Shown piece after piece: positions 23,339-36,469 of a stretch of DNA of 64,000 bases (positions are counted from its first letter, which is position 1; each line of letters opens with the position of its first letter). The notes under the pieces were generated by a model, which saw only the letters and a program-made list of their open reading frames with translations, searched no databases and was not told the origin of the DNA. The stretch is from Okamejei kenojei (lineage: Eukaryota): positions 19,220,001 to 19,284,000 of the forward strand of contig CM069164.1 in the NCBI GenBank assembly GCA_035221665.1, in the 5' to 3' direction. Position numbers and translations under genes: made by a program.

Positions 23339-25011
23339 ATGCGTGCTTAATCCATCTAGAGATCAGGGGAGGTGATCTCCCAACACCAGGTCTCAGTGAC
23401 GTGGGACTGTTGCATCTTCACACGTCCCTGCTGAACGCCGGGCTGGATATGCCGATACAGAAATCCCACATTTTCTGTGACTCAGACAGGGAAGTGCCGT
23501 GAGTTGCGTGTGGAATGACAGGTTTGTTCTGGACAATACAGCCCATGGACGCAAATGCTGCCTGGTCAGTGGCTTTAAACAAAACAAATGACTGCAAATA
23601 TGGAAAAACAGAAACATTAAATAACAAAACTGTAAGTGAGTCACAACCTGAAAGAATGACCTGCTGACGTGTTGGGTTTGTTGATCTGGAGTCGATTATT
23701 GTCCGTTAAAAACTTGAACCAAAATATTTGATGCCAAAACCAGAATCGGATGTACATATGTGAAATAGCAACCGGTGGTGACCCGAAGATTCAGTTTTTA
23801 AAGCATTGTTCGGTTATCATTCTCTTTCTGGTGAATGGGAGTTCCAGGCATCCTTTTATCAGGTGCTGATTATTATAACTTGGATGGTTCCAGCATTCCC
23901 TTTGGAGAGCTGCCAGGGCTCGATGTCTCTGTGTAATGTTCTGCAGGAGTTTGCTGGGGTATGAGCATGTTACCTTTTGGCAACAGCTTGGGATTGAGAT
24001 TGTTTTGGTTGTCGAAGGGGGGGTTGTGAGCTGGTGGGTATGAAAGAGATAAGATGTGGAATCTTGGCACGGGATATTCCCACAAGCGGTACTTTCTGCG
24101 AAAGTTTGCTTTTGTTGGTTTCTAATCTTCCCAATGTGATGCTGTGTCTGGCATGGAGGAGAACAAATCGCAGCTGATATCCTAATCTCGGAAAGAGTAA
24201 AAGCCTACAAGCTCTCTGATATGGTTTTAGACAGAACCCCTCCCACTCGGAGCAGGATAGTTCATCTATTGTTACTTTCCTCTGTTGGTTCTCGCCTATA
24301 GATTTAACCATTGATTTACCAGTGCCCAAAGATAACTATTTCAACTGTAAAAGTGTGTTGCAGTGGAAATGAACAAAACTCCCATTGAGAGAGGAAGCCT
24401 GACCTTAATTTGAACCACTTGGTGAGGACCAAGTCATTCAGCCTGAAGTTTTTTTTCACATGTTACCATTAAACAAAATTACAATAAATTGATTGTGGAG
24501 ATATGGTTTCAGTTTTCATCGCTATTTATTATATTCATGCTATTGGCAAACCACTTGCCTTGGGGCCTGGCTGCTCACACGGGGTAATTATTTTGATTGT
24601 GTTTCATGTCCCACCCAAAATCTCCTATATCATCCCAGCCTACACTCCCTTGCAGAATAAAACCCCACCTCTCCTCAATGCATTTTTGTAGCTCCAATAT
24701 CTCTCTCATTCTAATATCTCTCACTAATATCTCCCTCACTCACCCTACCGTGTATTAATTGGACATCACCTTTGAGATGCATTTTCTTTGCTTCATTGAA
24801 AGCTTCACGACCCAGACCCACTATTTGCTTTTCCATTGCAATCTATCTTTGCCGGCAATTGCAGGCTTAATCTGAAGATCAGAGTGCTTGAGGAGCTCAG
24901 TGGGTCAGACAACATCTGTGGAGAGAAAGACAATGTTTTGGGTCGATCTGAAGCGTCACCTGTCCGTTCCCACCACATGCTGCATGACCCACTGAGTTTA
25001 GTTAAGAGGTG

Positions 25012-25667
25012 GGGGAAACAGGCCATTCGGCCCACTGAGCCCATGCCAACTGGATCTCATTGAAACATATAAGATTGTTAAGGGTTTGGACACGCTAGAG
25101 GCAGGAAATGTTCCCGCTGTTGGGGGAGTCCAGAACCAGGGGCCACAGTTTAAGAATAAGAAGTAAGCCATTTAGAACGGAGACGAGGAAACACTTTTTC
25201 TCAGAGAGAGTGGCGAGTCTATGGAATTCTCTGCCGCAGAGGGCGGTGGAGGCAGGTTCTCTGGATGCTTTCAAGAGAGAGCTAGGTAGGGCTTTTAAAA
25301 ATAGCGGAGTCAGGGGATATGGGGAGAAGGCAGGAACGGAGTACTGATTGGGGATGATCATCCATGATCACATTGAATGGCGGTGCTGGCTCGAAGGGCC
25401 GAATGGCCGACTCCTGCAGCTATTGTCTATTGTCTATAGCGATCACCTGTTCATACAAGTTCTATTCTACACACTAGTGACAATTTACAGAAGCTAATTA
25501 ACGTACAAACCTGCACGTCTTTGGAATGTGGCTGGAAACCTGGAGAAAATCCATGTGGACACAGAGAATGTACAGACTCTGTGCAGACAGCACCCGGAGT
25601 CAGAAATGAACCTAGGTCTCTGGTGCTGTTAGGCAGCAACTCTACCATGCACCACGATGCTGTCACC
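25012..25667 (-). mobile_element. V-SINE split by a CR1 insertion (pieces 25012-25050 and 25437-25667)
   Basis: Tail ggaaacaggccattcggccc on the left; body gatcacc...ctacacactag...gcagcaactctacc on the right. Confidence 0.75.
25051..25436 (+). mobile_element. Young CR1-type LINE 3' end
   Basis: ORF 25108..25347 MFPLLGESRTRGHSLRIR...RVASLWNSLPQ; ends (TATTGTC)2. Confidence 0.9.
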
Positions 25668-26604
25668 AAGCCCTTCCTGTTGCTCTCTTCTTTATTCTAA
25701 AGATGTTCTGTTTTCATGGCAATTTCCATCCTTTCTAATGAACTTTGGTATTGAAGTTCAGAATGACTGAATTATCTTCCGTGTAACCTGGTTATACGTG
25801 GATTGCTGTCTGCGTCTCACTGCATCACATCATCCTTGGTGCGTTCAGGCTCAGCTTCTCCCAAAGCAGGCTCTTCCCTTAATTATGAAGACCTTGTTCC
25901 TCAGCCCTGAAAACATTGTTTGCCTCTTTGCGTCGCCCAGCCTCACATTACTGTGAAGTCATGCGCCCTGTAGTTTAAAGCTGGACATTTGCTTTTTTTG
26001 TCGACCCTGATCATTGTGCAAGCTGTGATGTGCAAGGCATGTTACATCTCGCATATTGTTGAACAGCAGTGCAGTTTAAACTAGTGTTTCTACGAGAAAG
26101 TATTCCGTCTCAAATCTTCTGTGGCCTATTTCTGCAACATCCCCCAACCCTGTGCCCTTTCAAGGTCACACTGTTTCTTGGCCGTTGACTGCTTCCAGTT
26201 TGCCAAATCCTCTCATCTCGTTCCTTTAAAGTACAGTGCATTCAAATAGAAACCTTAAGCTTTAATGTTTTTCACAATTTTTTTTACTCCAGTCTTTCTG
26301 TTGCACACTTTCACTTATATTGATCGCCATTCTCTCCCTCACTCTCATTCTTCTTAGTCTATGAAACCTATTTTCACTTCAGCCCTCCCCATTTTCAATG
26401 AGTTTAAAGCCTATCTCCAGCCCTCTTTATGCAACTTACCAGGACGCTGCTGCCTGAACAATTCAGTGCAGCCCATCTCAACACAACTGCTCCTTCCAAC
26501 CCATGAATCAAGATCCACCTCTCCCGCACCAAGCTTTGATCCACCTCCAATCCGACTCACTTTCTGCAAATTTTACATGCGATTATCACCCTTGGGGTTA
26601 CATG

Positions 26605-26812
26605 AGTCTGCAGGTGCTGAAATCTTGAGTAGAAGAAGAAACTGCTGGGGGAACTCATTGTGTCAGGAGGCATCTGTGGAAGGAAATGGACAGATGACGC
26701 TTTGGGTCAGGTCCCTTCTTCAGAATGAACTCGCAGGAGGGTCCTGAGACAAGTTGTCATCTGTTTCTGTTCTCTCTGCAGATGTTGCCTGGTCCTCTGG
26801 TTTCCACCAGCA
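26605..26812. mobile_element. Degenerate PLE fold-back
   Basis: ctgcaggtgctg...ccttcttcagaa followed by the inverted gatgttgcctgg...ccagcag arm. Confidence 0.55.
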
Positions 26813-26949
26813 GATTAAAAAAAAATCACCTTAGTTCTGCTTTTCAATTTTGCCCAGAACTGCACATAATTCCTCAGCAGAGTGTCCTTCCTGGTTCTGC
26901 TTATATTGTTGGTTGCCACATGGATCACGGCAACTGTTAAAGATGGAAT

Positions 26950-27300
26950 CTGTGTCTGGTATAGAGTAGAGTGGGGGACTGGGCACCTACAGCCTTGAGG
27001 TTACCCTGTTCTGATGCTCAGTGAGTAGGAAGTGTTGTTGCCAATTTATACTGGTTGCGTTCTGGTGAGGAAGTCAAAGATCCTATGGCATGGGGACGAA
27101 CAGAGACCCGTTTCTTCAACTTTGATGATATGTTTAGAGGAAACGATGGTGTTGAATGCTGAGCTGTAGTTGATTAGCGATAGCCTGATGCATGAGTTCT
27201 TGGTGTTCGAGTGGTCCAATGCAGAGTGGAGAGCCAGCAGGATCTTATCTGCTGTTCTGAAGCGGTGGTTGACGGATTGTGGTGGGTGCAGGTCCACACA
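26950..27300 (-). mobile_element. Rex1/Babar RT remnant
   Basis: ORF 27046..27297 LALHSALDH...INYSSAFNTI...IFDFLTR. Confidence 0.75.
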
Positions 27301-27354
27301 ACGCAGGGGTTAAGACATCCTTAACCCTGGCACCTGGCAGTCAACACAGCTTCA

Positions 27355-27770
27355 GGACTAGAATTTAGAAGACTGAGGGGGGATCTTATAGAAACTTACA
27401 AATTCCTTAAGGGGTTGGATAGGCTAGATGCAGGAAGATTGTTCCCGATGTTGGGGAGGTCCAGAACAAGGGGCCACAGTCTAAGGATAAGGGGGAATTT
27501 CTTTAGGACCGAGATGAGGAAAATATTTTTCACACAGAGAGTGGTGAGTCTCTGGAATTCTCTGCCACAGAAGGTAGTTGAGGACAGTTCATTGGCTATA
27601 TTTAAGAGAGAGTTAGATGTGGCCCTTATGGCTAAAGGGATCAGGGGGTATGGAGAGAAGGCAGGTACAGGATACTGAGTTGGATGATCAGCCATGATCA
27701 TATTGAATGGCGGTGCAGGCTCGAAGGGCCGAATGGCCTACTCCTGCACCTATTATCTATGTTTCTATGT
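27355..27770 (+). mobile_element. Young CR1-type LINE 3' end
   Basis: ORF 27415..27678 DRLDAGRLFPMLGRSRTRGHSLRIRG...; tctatgtttctatg tail. Confidence 0.9.
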
Positions 27771-27839
27771 AAGACTTTGTCTGCTCCCTGGAATGTGCTA
27801 TCCCTCACTACATTTATATTCTCTCCGCCCATTTGAACG

Positions 27840-28350
27840 GTGTCCCATGCCATGGACAACGTGTACATCCCTTCCCTTATCCATACAGGGAACAAGAACC
27901 TTGTATCTCCCAGCCAGGAGTAGGGCCTAAGGTACTTTGGGAACTGTCCTCTGAATCACTCTGCCAGCCTCTCCTGCAGTCACACTATCATTCTCCAAGT
28001 TTCCAAAAATTTATCTGACCGGTGTGACTCCCTCCTGGAATACTGTGTCCAGGCAATTCTCCCTCTCCCGATGTGTCTTAGTGTTAGGAGCTCAGATTCC
28101 AGTGTGTCAACCCTGAGCAAAAGTTCCCCAGCAGCCAACACTTGCTGCGTCTGAAGAAGGGTCTCGACCCAAAACTTCGCCTATTCATGCTCTTCAGAGA
28201 TACTGCTTGACCCGCTGAGTTATTCCAGCACTTTGTGTCCTGTTGTGTATTAACCAGTATCTGTAGTTCTTTGTTTCTATCACTTGGTGCAGATGTTGTT
28301 ACTGTTTATCACAAGAGGGTTGACCATGTTGCAACTACAACACCTCACCA
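27840..28350 (-). mobile_element. Probable CR1 ORF1 remnant, interrupted by a PLE
   Basis: The reverse strand gives SKCWLL followed by a decayed LRVD.LES.L.TLRHI.EGE-like segment, typical of the vertebrate CR1 ORF1 N-terminus. Confidence 0.45.
28149..28280 (+). mobile_element. PLE 3' end starting exactly at gtCTGAAGA
   Basis: cacttg(c/g)tgc duplicated at 28139-28148 and 28281-28290. Confidence 0.8.
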
Positions 28351-29359
28351 TCTCGGTTCTGATTAATTAGTTGGATTGATTAGTTTAATTGATTTGAATT
28401 GGACTTTGCCACTTTAAATATGCACTCCTTATCCTCACTGAAGTACCCTGATTTAAATTTCTTTGAATAGTCAGAAAAGGGCGGAGAGAAAAATATAAAG
28501 TAATAAAATCCGGCAATCTCCTTCATGCTGCCCCGTGACCCAATAGTCTGGCACTCTCAGTCAGAGAGTGGGCAATTAGGGATGGCTGATGAACAAAGGC
28601 CTTGCCAATGGAGCCCAAGATGAATAAACTCTCTGTGGCATTCTGACAGCGCAGGTAATCCATGCTACTGTCACCTTTATTGTTTTGAATGGCAACGTTT
28701 ATTCAAGGCAAGCGTGCTTCTATTGTCCATCCGTCAGTATTGTGTGGGGACTGAGAGTCCCATTTGTTCCTGTGGTAACTGTTTTCATCTTGATCTTTCT
28801 TGGCCTTCAAACAATCAAAGACCGGAAGCATTTCTGCATGTTGGTGCTTCAAAAAAAATGGTGTCAGTTTATTCATTTTCAATGGTGTTCAAACTCGTTT
28901 TTCCCTTCTGCATTTCCACGAACTCAACTGATGTCAGTGCTAAATGTCAAAAGCCCAACTTGATTACCCACAAATGCACCTGCCTTGCGGCAGCAGTTGA
29001 CAGCAAGGTATTTTAATCATTTGGATTATGTTATAATTCGGTACAAGATATACAGTGCATGTACTTCTCTCCAAACTCTGTGGAGGATGGACAGGGAATG
29101 GTTACAATTGCTTGACCCTGATCATTTGTACTGGGATAGTTCCCTATTTTGTCTGTAAATATATTTCATTGCTTCTAAATATGAAAAGAGCCAGGCCATA
29201 ATATCATTTTACAGCTACCAGAGCAACAGATGTTGATCCGATCCGATTTTATTGGTAGTTTTCAGCCCAGTGGTAAGGTAAACACCAATGCAAGACTGTG
29301 CTGTCATGATGTTGCATGTCATGCATGTTCATTTAGAAGCACTCGGCAGGCAATAGACA

Positions 29360-29772
29360 ATAGCGCGGGGATCCTTGGTGGTGGTGGGGCCTCGGCAGCA
29401 ATGGAGCATGGGCGGCAACAGCGGGATCCTCGCTGGCTGTGGAGGGTGAGGGGGGAAGACAATGGGGACCCAGCGTGAGAGGACGGCCGTGAGGAATGGT
29501 GGGAGAACAAAGGTGAACTCCGGGGAGGGGGTGGGTGCGTGGGCACTGATGTTTTAGAATCCTCTGTCCAGGGGATAAGTCTGCGTTCGTTCGTTCGATC
29601 CTTCATTCCGGTTTAGGCGCTGTGTGCACGGCAGCCAACACACAAGTCGCTTGGCCTTTTCTTCTTTTTTTCATTTTTAATTACAAGTTTTTGTGTACCT
29701 TGTTGTGTGTTGTGACTGTTGGCTGACCAACTTCCCTCTGTGGATGAATAAAGTTTATCGTATGGTATCGGG
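29360..29772 (+). mobile_element. GC-rich non-LTR-type short element, related to the insert at 9125-9365
   Basis: gacaatggggacccagcgtg...gagaacaaagg resembles the reverse complement of 9240-9365; ends gaataaagtttatcgtatggtatcg. Confidence 0.5.
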
Positions 29773-29989
29773 TCGTAAATAGACATTTTACATACAGTAT
29801 GGTAACATCTGATGAGTCACTTTGAATCTGAGTTATATAATTTTATGATTGAATTGTTCTTCATCAGTGACATGTATTATGAATCCATTACAACTGATGA
29901 AGGAAGTGTTATTGATGGTGATAGCATGTAATTAATAGTTTGGGTAATGTTTATAATACAAACATGAATGGAAAGAGTAGGGGGTGAGC

Positions 29990-30205
29990 GGGCAGTCACG
30001 GTGGCACAGCGGTAGAGTTGCTGCCCCACAGCAAAATGCAGCGCCAGAGTCCCGGGTTCGATCCCGACTACGGGTGCTGTCTGTATGGAGTTTGAATGTT
30101 CACCCCGCGATCTGCGTGGGTTTTCTCCGAGGTTTCCTCCCACACTCCAAAGACGTACAGCTTTGTAGGTTAATTGGCTTGATTAAAAAAAATGTAAAAT
30201 TGTCC
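29990..30205 (+). mobile_element. V-SINE, 3'-truncated, ~235 bp upstream of exon B
   Basis: ggtggcacagcggtagag...gggttcgatccc plus V-domain. Confidence 0.85.
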
Positions 30206-30440
30206 AAGTTGGCGATATGCAGAGTACCACCCTGCCGACTACAAAATTCAGGAGGTTCAGAAGGAATATTCCACCATCAACTATAAACCAGGCAGAGAAG
30301 CTGGGTCCGTAAAGTTAGAAAAAACATTTAATATTAATTTAATGTATTCTTTTATTTTTGGTTTGCCTACATTGTTTTGGACATGGATCTCAGTATTATA
30401 TTTAAAGCTCACAGGTTTTATTGCAAAATTATTCCAATAG

Positions 30441-30647
30441 ACCCAAAGAAAGCTGGAGCAAGAAAACATTGAAACTAAGCGAGCAAAGGACGCAGCGGAG
30501 GATCGTGTGAGGCAGCTTGAGGATGAAAAAGGGACCTTGAAAAATAAAATCGACAAACTACAAGCTGAAACTGGGGAACTCAATCAAGTAATTTACAACG
30601 TGAAGGAAGAGGAGAGAAGGCAGAGGGATAAGTGTGCTCGTCTGGAG
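30441..30647 (+). CDS. CGNL1: CGNL1-like exon B, 69 codons: TQRKLEQENIETKRAKDAAEDRVRQLEDEKGTLKNKIDKLQAETGELNQVIYNVKEEERRQRDKCARLE
   Basis: caatag|ACC acceptor and GAG|gtaatg donor. In frame with ORF 30507..30956, with heptad E/K/L composition. Fills the 69-aa spacing between the A- and C-equivalent segments of CGNL1 as recalled. Confidence 0.82.
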
Positions 30648-30789
30648 GTAATGCAGCCAGGAAGAGGTGGTTTCACTCGCCCCTCTGTCCTCTCATGCTC
30701 TTTTTTTCTAACGATTTACTATTTCAGTCATTTTAACATGACTGTAGTTCTTCTTGAGGCTTGCATCTTGGAAAATCACGGTTATACCA

Positions 30790-30932
30790 AAGAGACAAAA
30801 CGTTGGAGTAACTCAGCGGGTTTGACACGTCCGCTCCAACCCAAAACGTCACCTATTCCTTTCCTCCAAAGAATTCCTCCAGCATTTTGTGTCTATCTTC
30901 AATTTAAACTAGCATTTGCAGTTCCTTCCTCC
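30790..30932. mobile_element. Degenerate PLE fold-back
   Basis: ggagtaactcagcggg followed by the inverted arm aaacgtcacc...gcagttccttcc. Confidence 0.65.
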
Positions 30933-32333
30933 ACTCTAAAGGTTGGGCCTTGTTGAACCCTTCGTGTGGAGCTCCACCTATCCCATGGTTCTCCAAAGCG
31001 GAGCTTTGCTGGGGGAGGAATGTGAATCTCCATGGACATGTCATTCACCTATAGCCTCGCCAGGAAACTCCTAAAACACGTCAGAGACTTGAGGCAACTT
31101 GGAGACAATCAGCTGCGGGCTTTCCCCAGGAATAGCACTAAGTAATCTGTGCATGCACTGACCACTCAAACCAATCACTGGAACTGTTAAAGAGCATTTT
31201 TGCATGATTGTGCATGGTTGAACAACCAAATAATCTGTCAGACCCACACCATAAAAGGATCCACAGATTTTTAAATTGCTTAGAAGCTTAGTTTCTGGGG
31301 ATTAGTCCTTCAATTTGCCTTTTGCAAGCAAAGATGTTTGGTGTTGGAGGCCAGATTTTTTACTTTGCTTGAAGGGTTGAACGTAAAATGGTATCTGCCT
31401 TAGGGAGTTCTGGTATTTCCTTGTATTTATTTCAGATTTCTAATAATTTGGTTCAACCATTTTGTTTGTTTTTTGTAATACGAGTAAAGGATAGAAAACA
31501 AATGTAAGTGTTATCTCAAGAGCATGTTGGCCCAGTGATATTTTTCTCATTCTAATTTCTGCGTGTTATGTAGATGTTAAAGGTAAGTTATCTTAGGAAC
31601 AGTAAGGCTCATTGTGTGTGTGTGGTAATAACATCTTCTTATTCTACTCTGCTTCCAACACCTGGCACCATAAGGATAATGTATCTTGTACTCTCCAGTT
31701 ATGTTATCGTGCAATATCTTTACAATTGGTATTGTTTTAGTTCTTGCCCTGGATTTTCACTAAATTTGAGTGAGCAAGTTCCCCAATGATGGAATTAACA
31801 CCCACAACAAACTGGGTCTGGAATTCTGCAATTTGAAATTCTGCAGCCAGGGTATGTTAAGTCAGAAGCATGACTTTTTTAGTGACTCTCGAGAAAATCA
31901 AGAAACGGCTGAGAGAGCTGATTGCTGCAGAGGCCATGGGAACATCAACACCTCAACATCTCATCACTCCGACAGAAGACTTGTATTTAAGAATAAGCTG
32001 TGGCTGAGCTCAAACTGTTCCAAAATAGTTACAACATTAGCATATGAATGTGGAGGAGTCAACCCCTCAAAGCTACTTAAACATTCAATAACTTCAATTG
32101 GACATTCCCACCACCCCCAAATATTAAAAAAAAAAATCAAGACTTTATCTACCTCTGCGTTAGAGCTCTTCAAAATATCTCTCTTCCTCAAAGTCTATGG
32201 AAGCAGTTCTAAAGTTCATGACTCTCTGGAAGACCGTTAAACCTGTCACTTTGGTTATAAGAGTGGTCAGCAGCTCAATACCCTGCAGCAAGTGGCTCAC
32301 CGACTGACACTTCCCGCCATCCACAAGTCGCAA

Positions 32334-32531
32334 TAGACACAAAATGCTGCAGGGGGACAGGCAGCATCTCTGGATAAGAATGCGTGACGTTTTGGGTCTA
32401 CTGAAGAAGGGTCTTCACCCAAAACGTCACCCATTCCTTCTATCAAGAGATGTTGCATGTTCCGCTGAGTTACTCCAGCAATTTTGTGTCTATCTTCGGA
32501 TTAAATCAGCATCTGCAGTTTATTTCTACAC
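32334..32531. mobile_element. PLE fold-back insertion
   Basis: tagacacaaaatgctg...gacgttttgggtc | actgaagaagg...tgtgtctatc. Confidence 0.75.
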
Positions 32532-32689
32532 TTTCCACTTGCCTGGATTAGTTCAATGTCAACAGCCCTCAAGAAGTTCAGCAACTTCAGGAGGACACAA
32601 TGCCCACTTGAAGAAACACTCCAACCACCACCCTAAACCTACACTCTGTCCACCTCGGGATGCAGTGTGCACTATGTTCAATATCGACT

Positions 32690-32990
32690 ACAATTCCATG
32701 GCAAGGCTTTTCTGACGGTCCTACCAATCATCTCTACCACCGTGTCGACCCAGACCAGCAAGTGTGTGTGTGTGAACCCAACCATCTGCAAGTTCTCCTC
32801 CGAGCTCAACACATCCTGACTTGGAACAGTTTGCCAGTCCTTCATTGTTGAACTTCCTATCCAACATCACGGTGGGAGTGCCTTCACCAGGAGGACTTTA
32901 AATCAGCAGATCACCTTTCCAAGTGCAACTAAGGATTAGAAACAGACCCCAGTCTGGCCATTGATGGTCTCACCCTGAAAAATAAATTAA
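32690..32990 (+). mobile_element. 3' end of an ancient LINE family (similar pieces at ~46880-47140 and ~55800-55990)
   Basis: Shared catcctgacttggaa...ccttca...ctggcc(a/t)ttg tail; the same motif occurs reversed at ~4665. Confidence 0.5.
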
Positions 32991-33159
32991 TAAAAAATTA
33001 AATTTAGTGTTGTAAATGTGAGGAAACAGTTCCCAAATGTGATAACAGAAAAAAAGACCAAAGGTATCTTTGGAGAACTACATATATACCGTTTTTTTGT
33101 GTGAAGAATTATATAGATTGAGTCTAAAGATATTTATTTATTTCAAGGGTGTTTAAGCT

Positions 33160-33232
33160 TAAGGATATGTATATATGTATAAGGATATGTATACATGTAT
33201 ATTATGTATAAGGATACATAAAGATTATGTAT
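33160..33232. repeat. Short AT-rich tandem repeat (aaggatatgtata-like)
   Basis: Directly visible. Confidence 0.7.
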
Positions 33233-33721
33233 CAGTTGAAGTATTAAATCTTTGGAACAGAAACATAGAATGTTTAATTTTGTTTCCAATTTGTTCTTTT
33301 AGGGTATCCTTCTGTCTAGTAGTTTCTTTCCATCACTGGTGTTGTCCCTTATGATTTGTCCACATGGAATTCTGTCAATCTCAAAATATTTTCATCGCAG
33401 TTTCCTTCTCAGAACTCATTTGGAGAAACATAAGCGTGAGAACCTCCTGGGATCTGGGATCTGGGATCTAGGGCAATGGGGAGAAAGCAAGATTTTGAAT
33501 GATCAGCCATGATGGCGATGCTGGCTCGAAGAGCTGAATGCCTTATTCCTGCACCTACTTTCTATGTTTCTATATTTCTATGAAATAGACTCGGAACTTG
33601 TATAAAAAATTGAGAGCATCAGCAGATCAAACTAAAAACACATTCGCTTTTGATAGTAGAGTAATATTTGATGGTGTTCAGTGATAAACTTAAAGGCTGT
33701 AACCGCAACTTTTTTTTTCAG

Positions 33722-33826
33722 CAAGATAAGAAGCAACTGGAAGCTGCCTTGAGAGACGTCGGAGATCAGGAACAGGATGTTTCACTCGCAAAGAGATCTT
33801 TGGAGAGTCGGTTGGACGATGTCCAG
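33722..33826 (+). CDS. CGNL1: CGNL1-like exon C, 35 codons: QDKKQLEAALRDVGDQEQDVSLAKRSLESRLDDVQ
   Basis: Poly-T tract + cag acceptor and CAG|gtgagc donor. QLE.AL...AKR.LE.RL motif of cingulin-family rods. Confidence 0.87.
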
Positions 33827-36316
33827 GTGAGCTCCAAGCGCCAACACAGCAGGTTCTAGCGAGACAACCCTTCACTGCTAAATTACTCCCTAACCCGAGC
33901 CTTTAGCTTTGATATTACACTGTGGAAGGATCAATAATCTGTATGCTACTGTAACAATGGTAAAGGGGGGAGGGGTCACATCTATTGTTCCAACATACAA
34001 ATATCAGCACTTAGAATAAAATGTAAACACTCTAATTCAGAAGGATGGAGTATTAACCCAGTCTGAGGGCAGTCTATTGAAGACACAGTGTTTTCACATT
34101 TTGGATAAATGATTGCAATTATGATCATGTGGAGTTGGGATTGTATCTGTCCTGTTTGTGGAAATGGAAGCCAGTACTGCTATAAACAATGCAGGTCTGG
34201 CCTCCTGCATTGTGTCCTTCACTGGGGTTCTGCACTCTGTATCTTCCCCTTTGCTCCATCCACTGTCGTTGAGTTTGACTTAATTGTATTTAAGTGTAGT
34301 ATATCTGATCACAGTATGCAAAACAAAGTGTTCACTCTACTGCAAATGGTGCCAACATATTGCAGCTTGCAAGTGTGATCTATGCAAAAAAGAATTTCAC
34401 TGTGCAGGTCACATGTGGCATTAAAGCACCGTTGAATCTCAGTACACGTGACAAAGGATAAGGAGCTGGATCTGTACACTATGATCATTAGGAGAATAGG
34501 GCTGATATTATTGAAACAGACAAGTTCCCAACGAGGCACAGCAGGGTAGATGTTGCGATGTTTCCACCAGTGAAAGAGACTGAAATTGGGGGACATGTAG
34601 CAAGATAAAGCGTGTCCATTTAAACCAGAGGGGCAGAGGTATTTCCTGGTATTGATCTCACAGAAGATGATACATGCGATGACTTCTCTGCCCCCAGAGG
34701 ATTGTGGGTTGGATGGGGCATTTATAGAGGAAGTAGTTTGAAAGAAAGATCAGCCAGGACTATGGGAACTGACAGTAGAGGAGATAATTCCTGGGTCAGA
34801 ACAGCCACTGTTATATTGAAGGATTGTTCAGGTTTGAGAGGACCAGGTGGATTACTTGTTTCCCTTTTTGTGTGTTGTTGCTCCTTATTTGGCACCAGTG
34901 AAGGTACAAGCAACAGTCTCTTGGTCTGAGAGTTAAACGCAAGAGGACAGGCCTTCAGCAGTAGATGCACTGGGGTGGAACCAAGTTGGACAACATCATA
35001 AACCTGAACTCTTGACATTGTCCAACTTTGCTCCTGCTCCAGTGCAGTTATCATAATCCTCAATGTCCCAATGTTTCTTTCAAAAACGTTCCCACTTTCT
35101 CTATAAATACCTTATCCTGCCTCCACAATCCTCTGCGACAGAGTACATCTGATCATGGACTCACGGGATTGCACTGGTGCTGCCCACAGAGTGCACCCAG
35201 AGGCTTCTCATGCGGGCGGAGGTGAGCCTGACCCAACCCCTCATAGTGTTGTACTGCACCCCACTTCCAAGCCTCACCAGCCAGCAGAGCTGTGAAAGAC
35301 AATGATTTTATAAATGTCGAGGAATGCCCCGCATTCACCAAACATTGAAAAACAATCAAAGGTAACGATTGAAAAAAACAATTATAATATTTTCAAATTA
35401 AATAAATTTCTGAAAAGGTAAATTGAAACATCACAAATACCCGTCAATGATTTGAATACAAATATAATTTGATCGACTGTAAAAGCTTCTGCAAGATTGG
35501 CCCTAGTGTGTATGAAATGGTGCAACAGTGGGCAACACAGAACTAGTATGAGTGGGTGATCAATGATTGGCGTGGATTGAAGAGTCCATTTCCATGCCGT
35601 ATCGCCAACTAAACTCAATTACATAAAAAATAAGGAAACTACTCTGTATTATCATGTTCAGAGCCATTTCTCCCAATGAAATTAATGACTTCACAGGACT
35701 GTCAGATTAACTTGGCACATGTTCAGCGTACAGACTTACCAGACTAACTGCTGGCAAAGCTACAGACGTTTGAGCTCCATCCACTGGATTCCACAAAGAG
35801 TTTAATGCAGAGTTGTCTCAGGATCAGCAGACAGCTTATCTCCCACCTTTGCTGGGAAATTAAAGAGAGGCTGAATCCTGGTACAGTCCAGAGCCAGCTC
35901 GCTTGATTTTTGCAGTCCATTTGTTTTCCCGCACTGACCTGTGCTGTAGCTCTGCTGGTTTGTAAAAAGCTGTGTTAGAGTCACTGAGCAGATTTGTGCC
36001 TTATCTGTGCAGCGTAAAACAAAGTTAATGTTTCAAGTCCCTAACCTTTAATTAGAACTGAAAATCTGAAGAGGGGCAAAGGGTTTTAAGCAAGTGGGTG
36101 GTCGCTCATGACGTAGTTTTAATCCAAGACTAGGGCAGATATTCCTGAGAGGATGAAGTGGTTTATTCCACATGAAAACACAACTAATTCTCTTGCTCTG
36201 TGCATCCCAGTTCAAACATGGGCAGGTGCATGACAGGAGCACTTTAATTCTCATATGTAATGGCCTCTTGACTTAAGAAGGAGTTTTAGTCATATATAAT
36301 GTCTTTGATTTCACAG

Positions 36317-36469
36317 AGAAGCCTCAGCAAGAGATCACAGGAGTATCAGGAAATAAATGAAAGGCTGCAGGCGGAGACAGCTCAGAAAGACCTTCTAAAG
36401 AAAACAAAGAATGAAATGGAGGATGAAAGAAGGCACTTGGAGAAGACTGTTGAAAAGCTTCAGAAGGAG
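36317..36469 (+). CDS. CGNL1: CGNL1-like exon D, 51 codons: RSLSKRSQEYQEINERLQAETAQKDLLKKTKNEMEDERRHLEKTVEKLQKE
   Basis: tcacag|AGA acceptor and GAG|gtcggt donor. KNEMEDERRHLEKTVEKLQKE closely matches CGNL1 KNEMENERWHLGKTIEKLQKE (recalled). Confidence 0.88.

Noticed and set aside
23873-24329. Antisense ORFs, one ending in SKL
   Set aside because: They are short, bounded by nearby stops, and show no recognisable domain or splice structure.
29857-29905. miRNA-like hairpin (cttcatcagt / actgatgaag) containing CTGATGA
   Set aside because: It has only 10 perfect bp, which is expected by chance about once or twice in 64 kb. There is no GAAA/stem II for a hammerhead and no recognisable miRNA.
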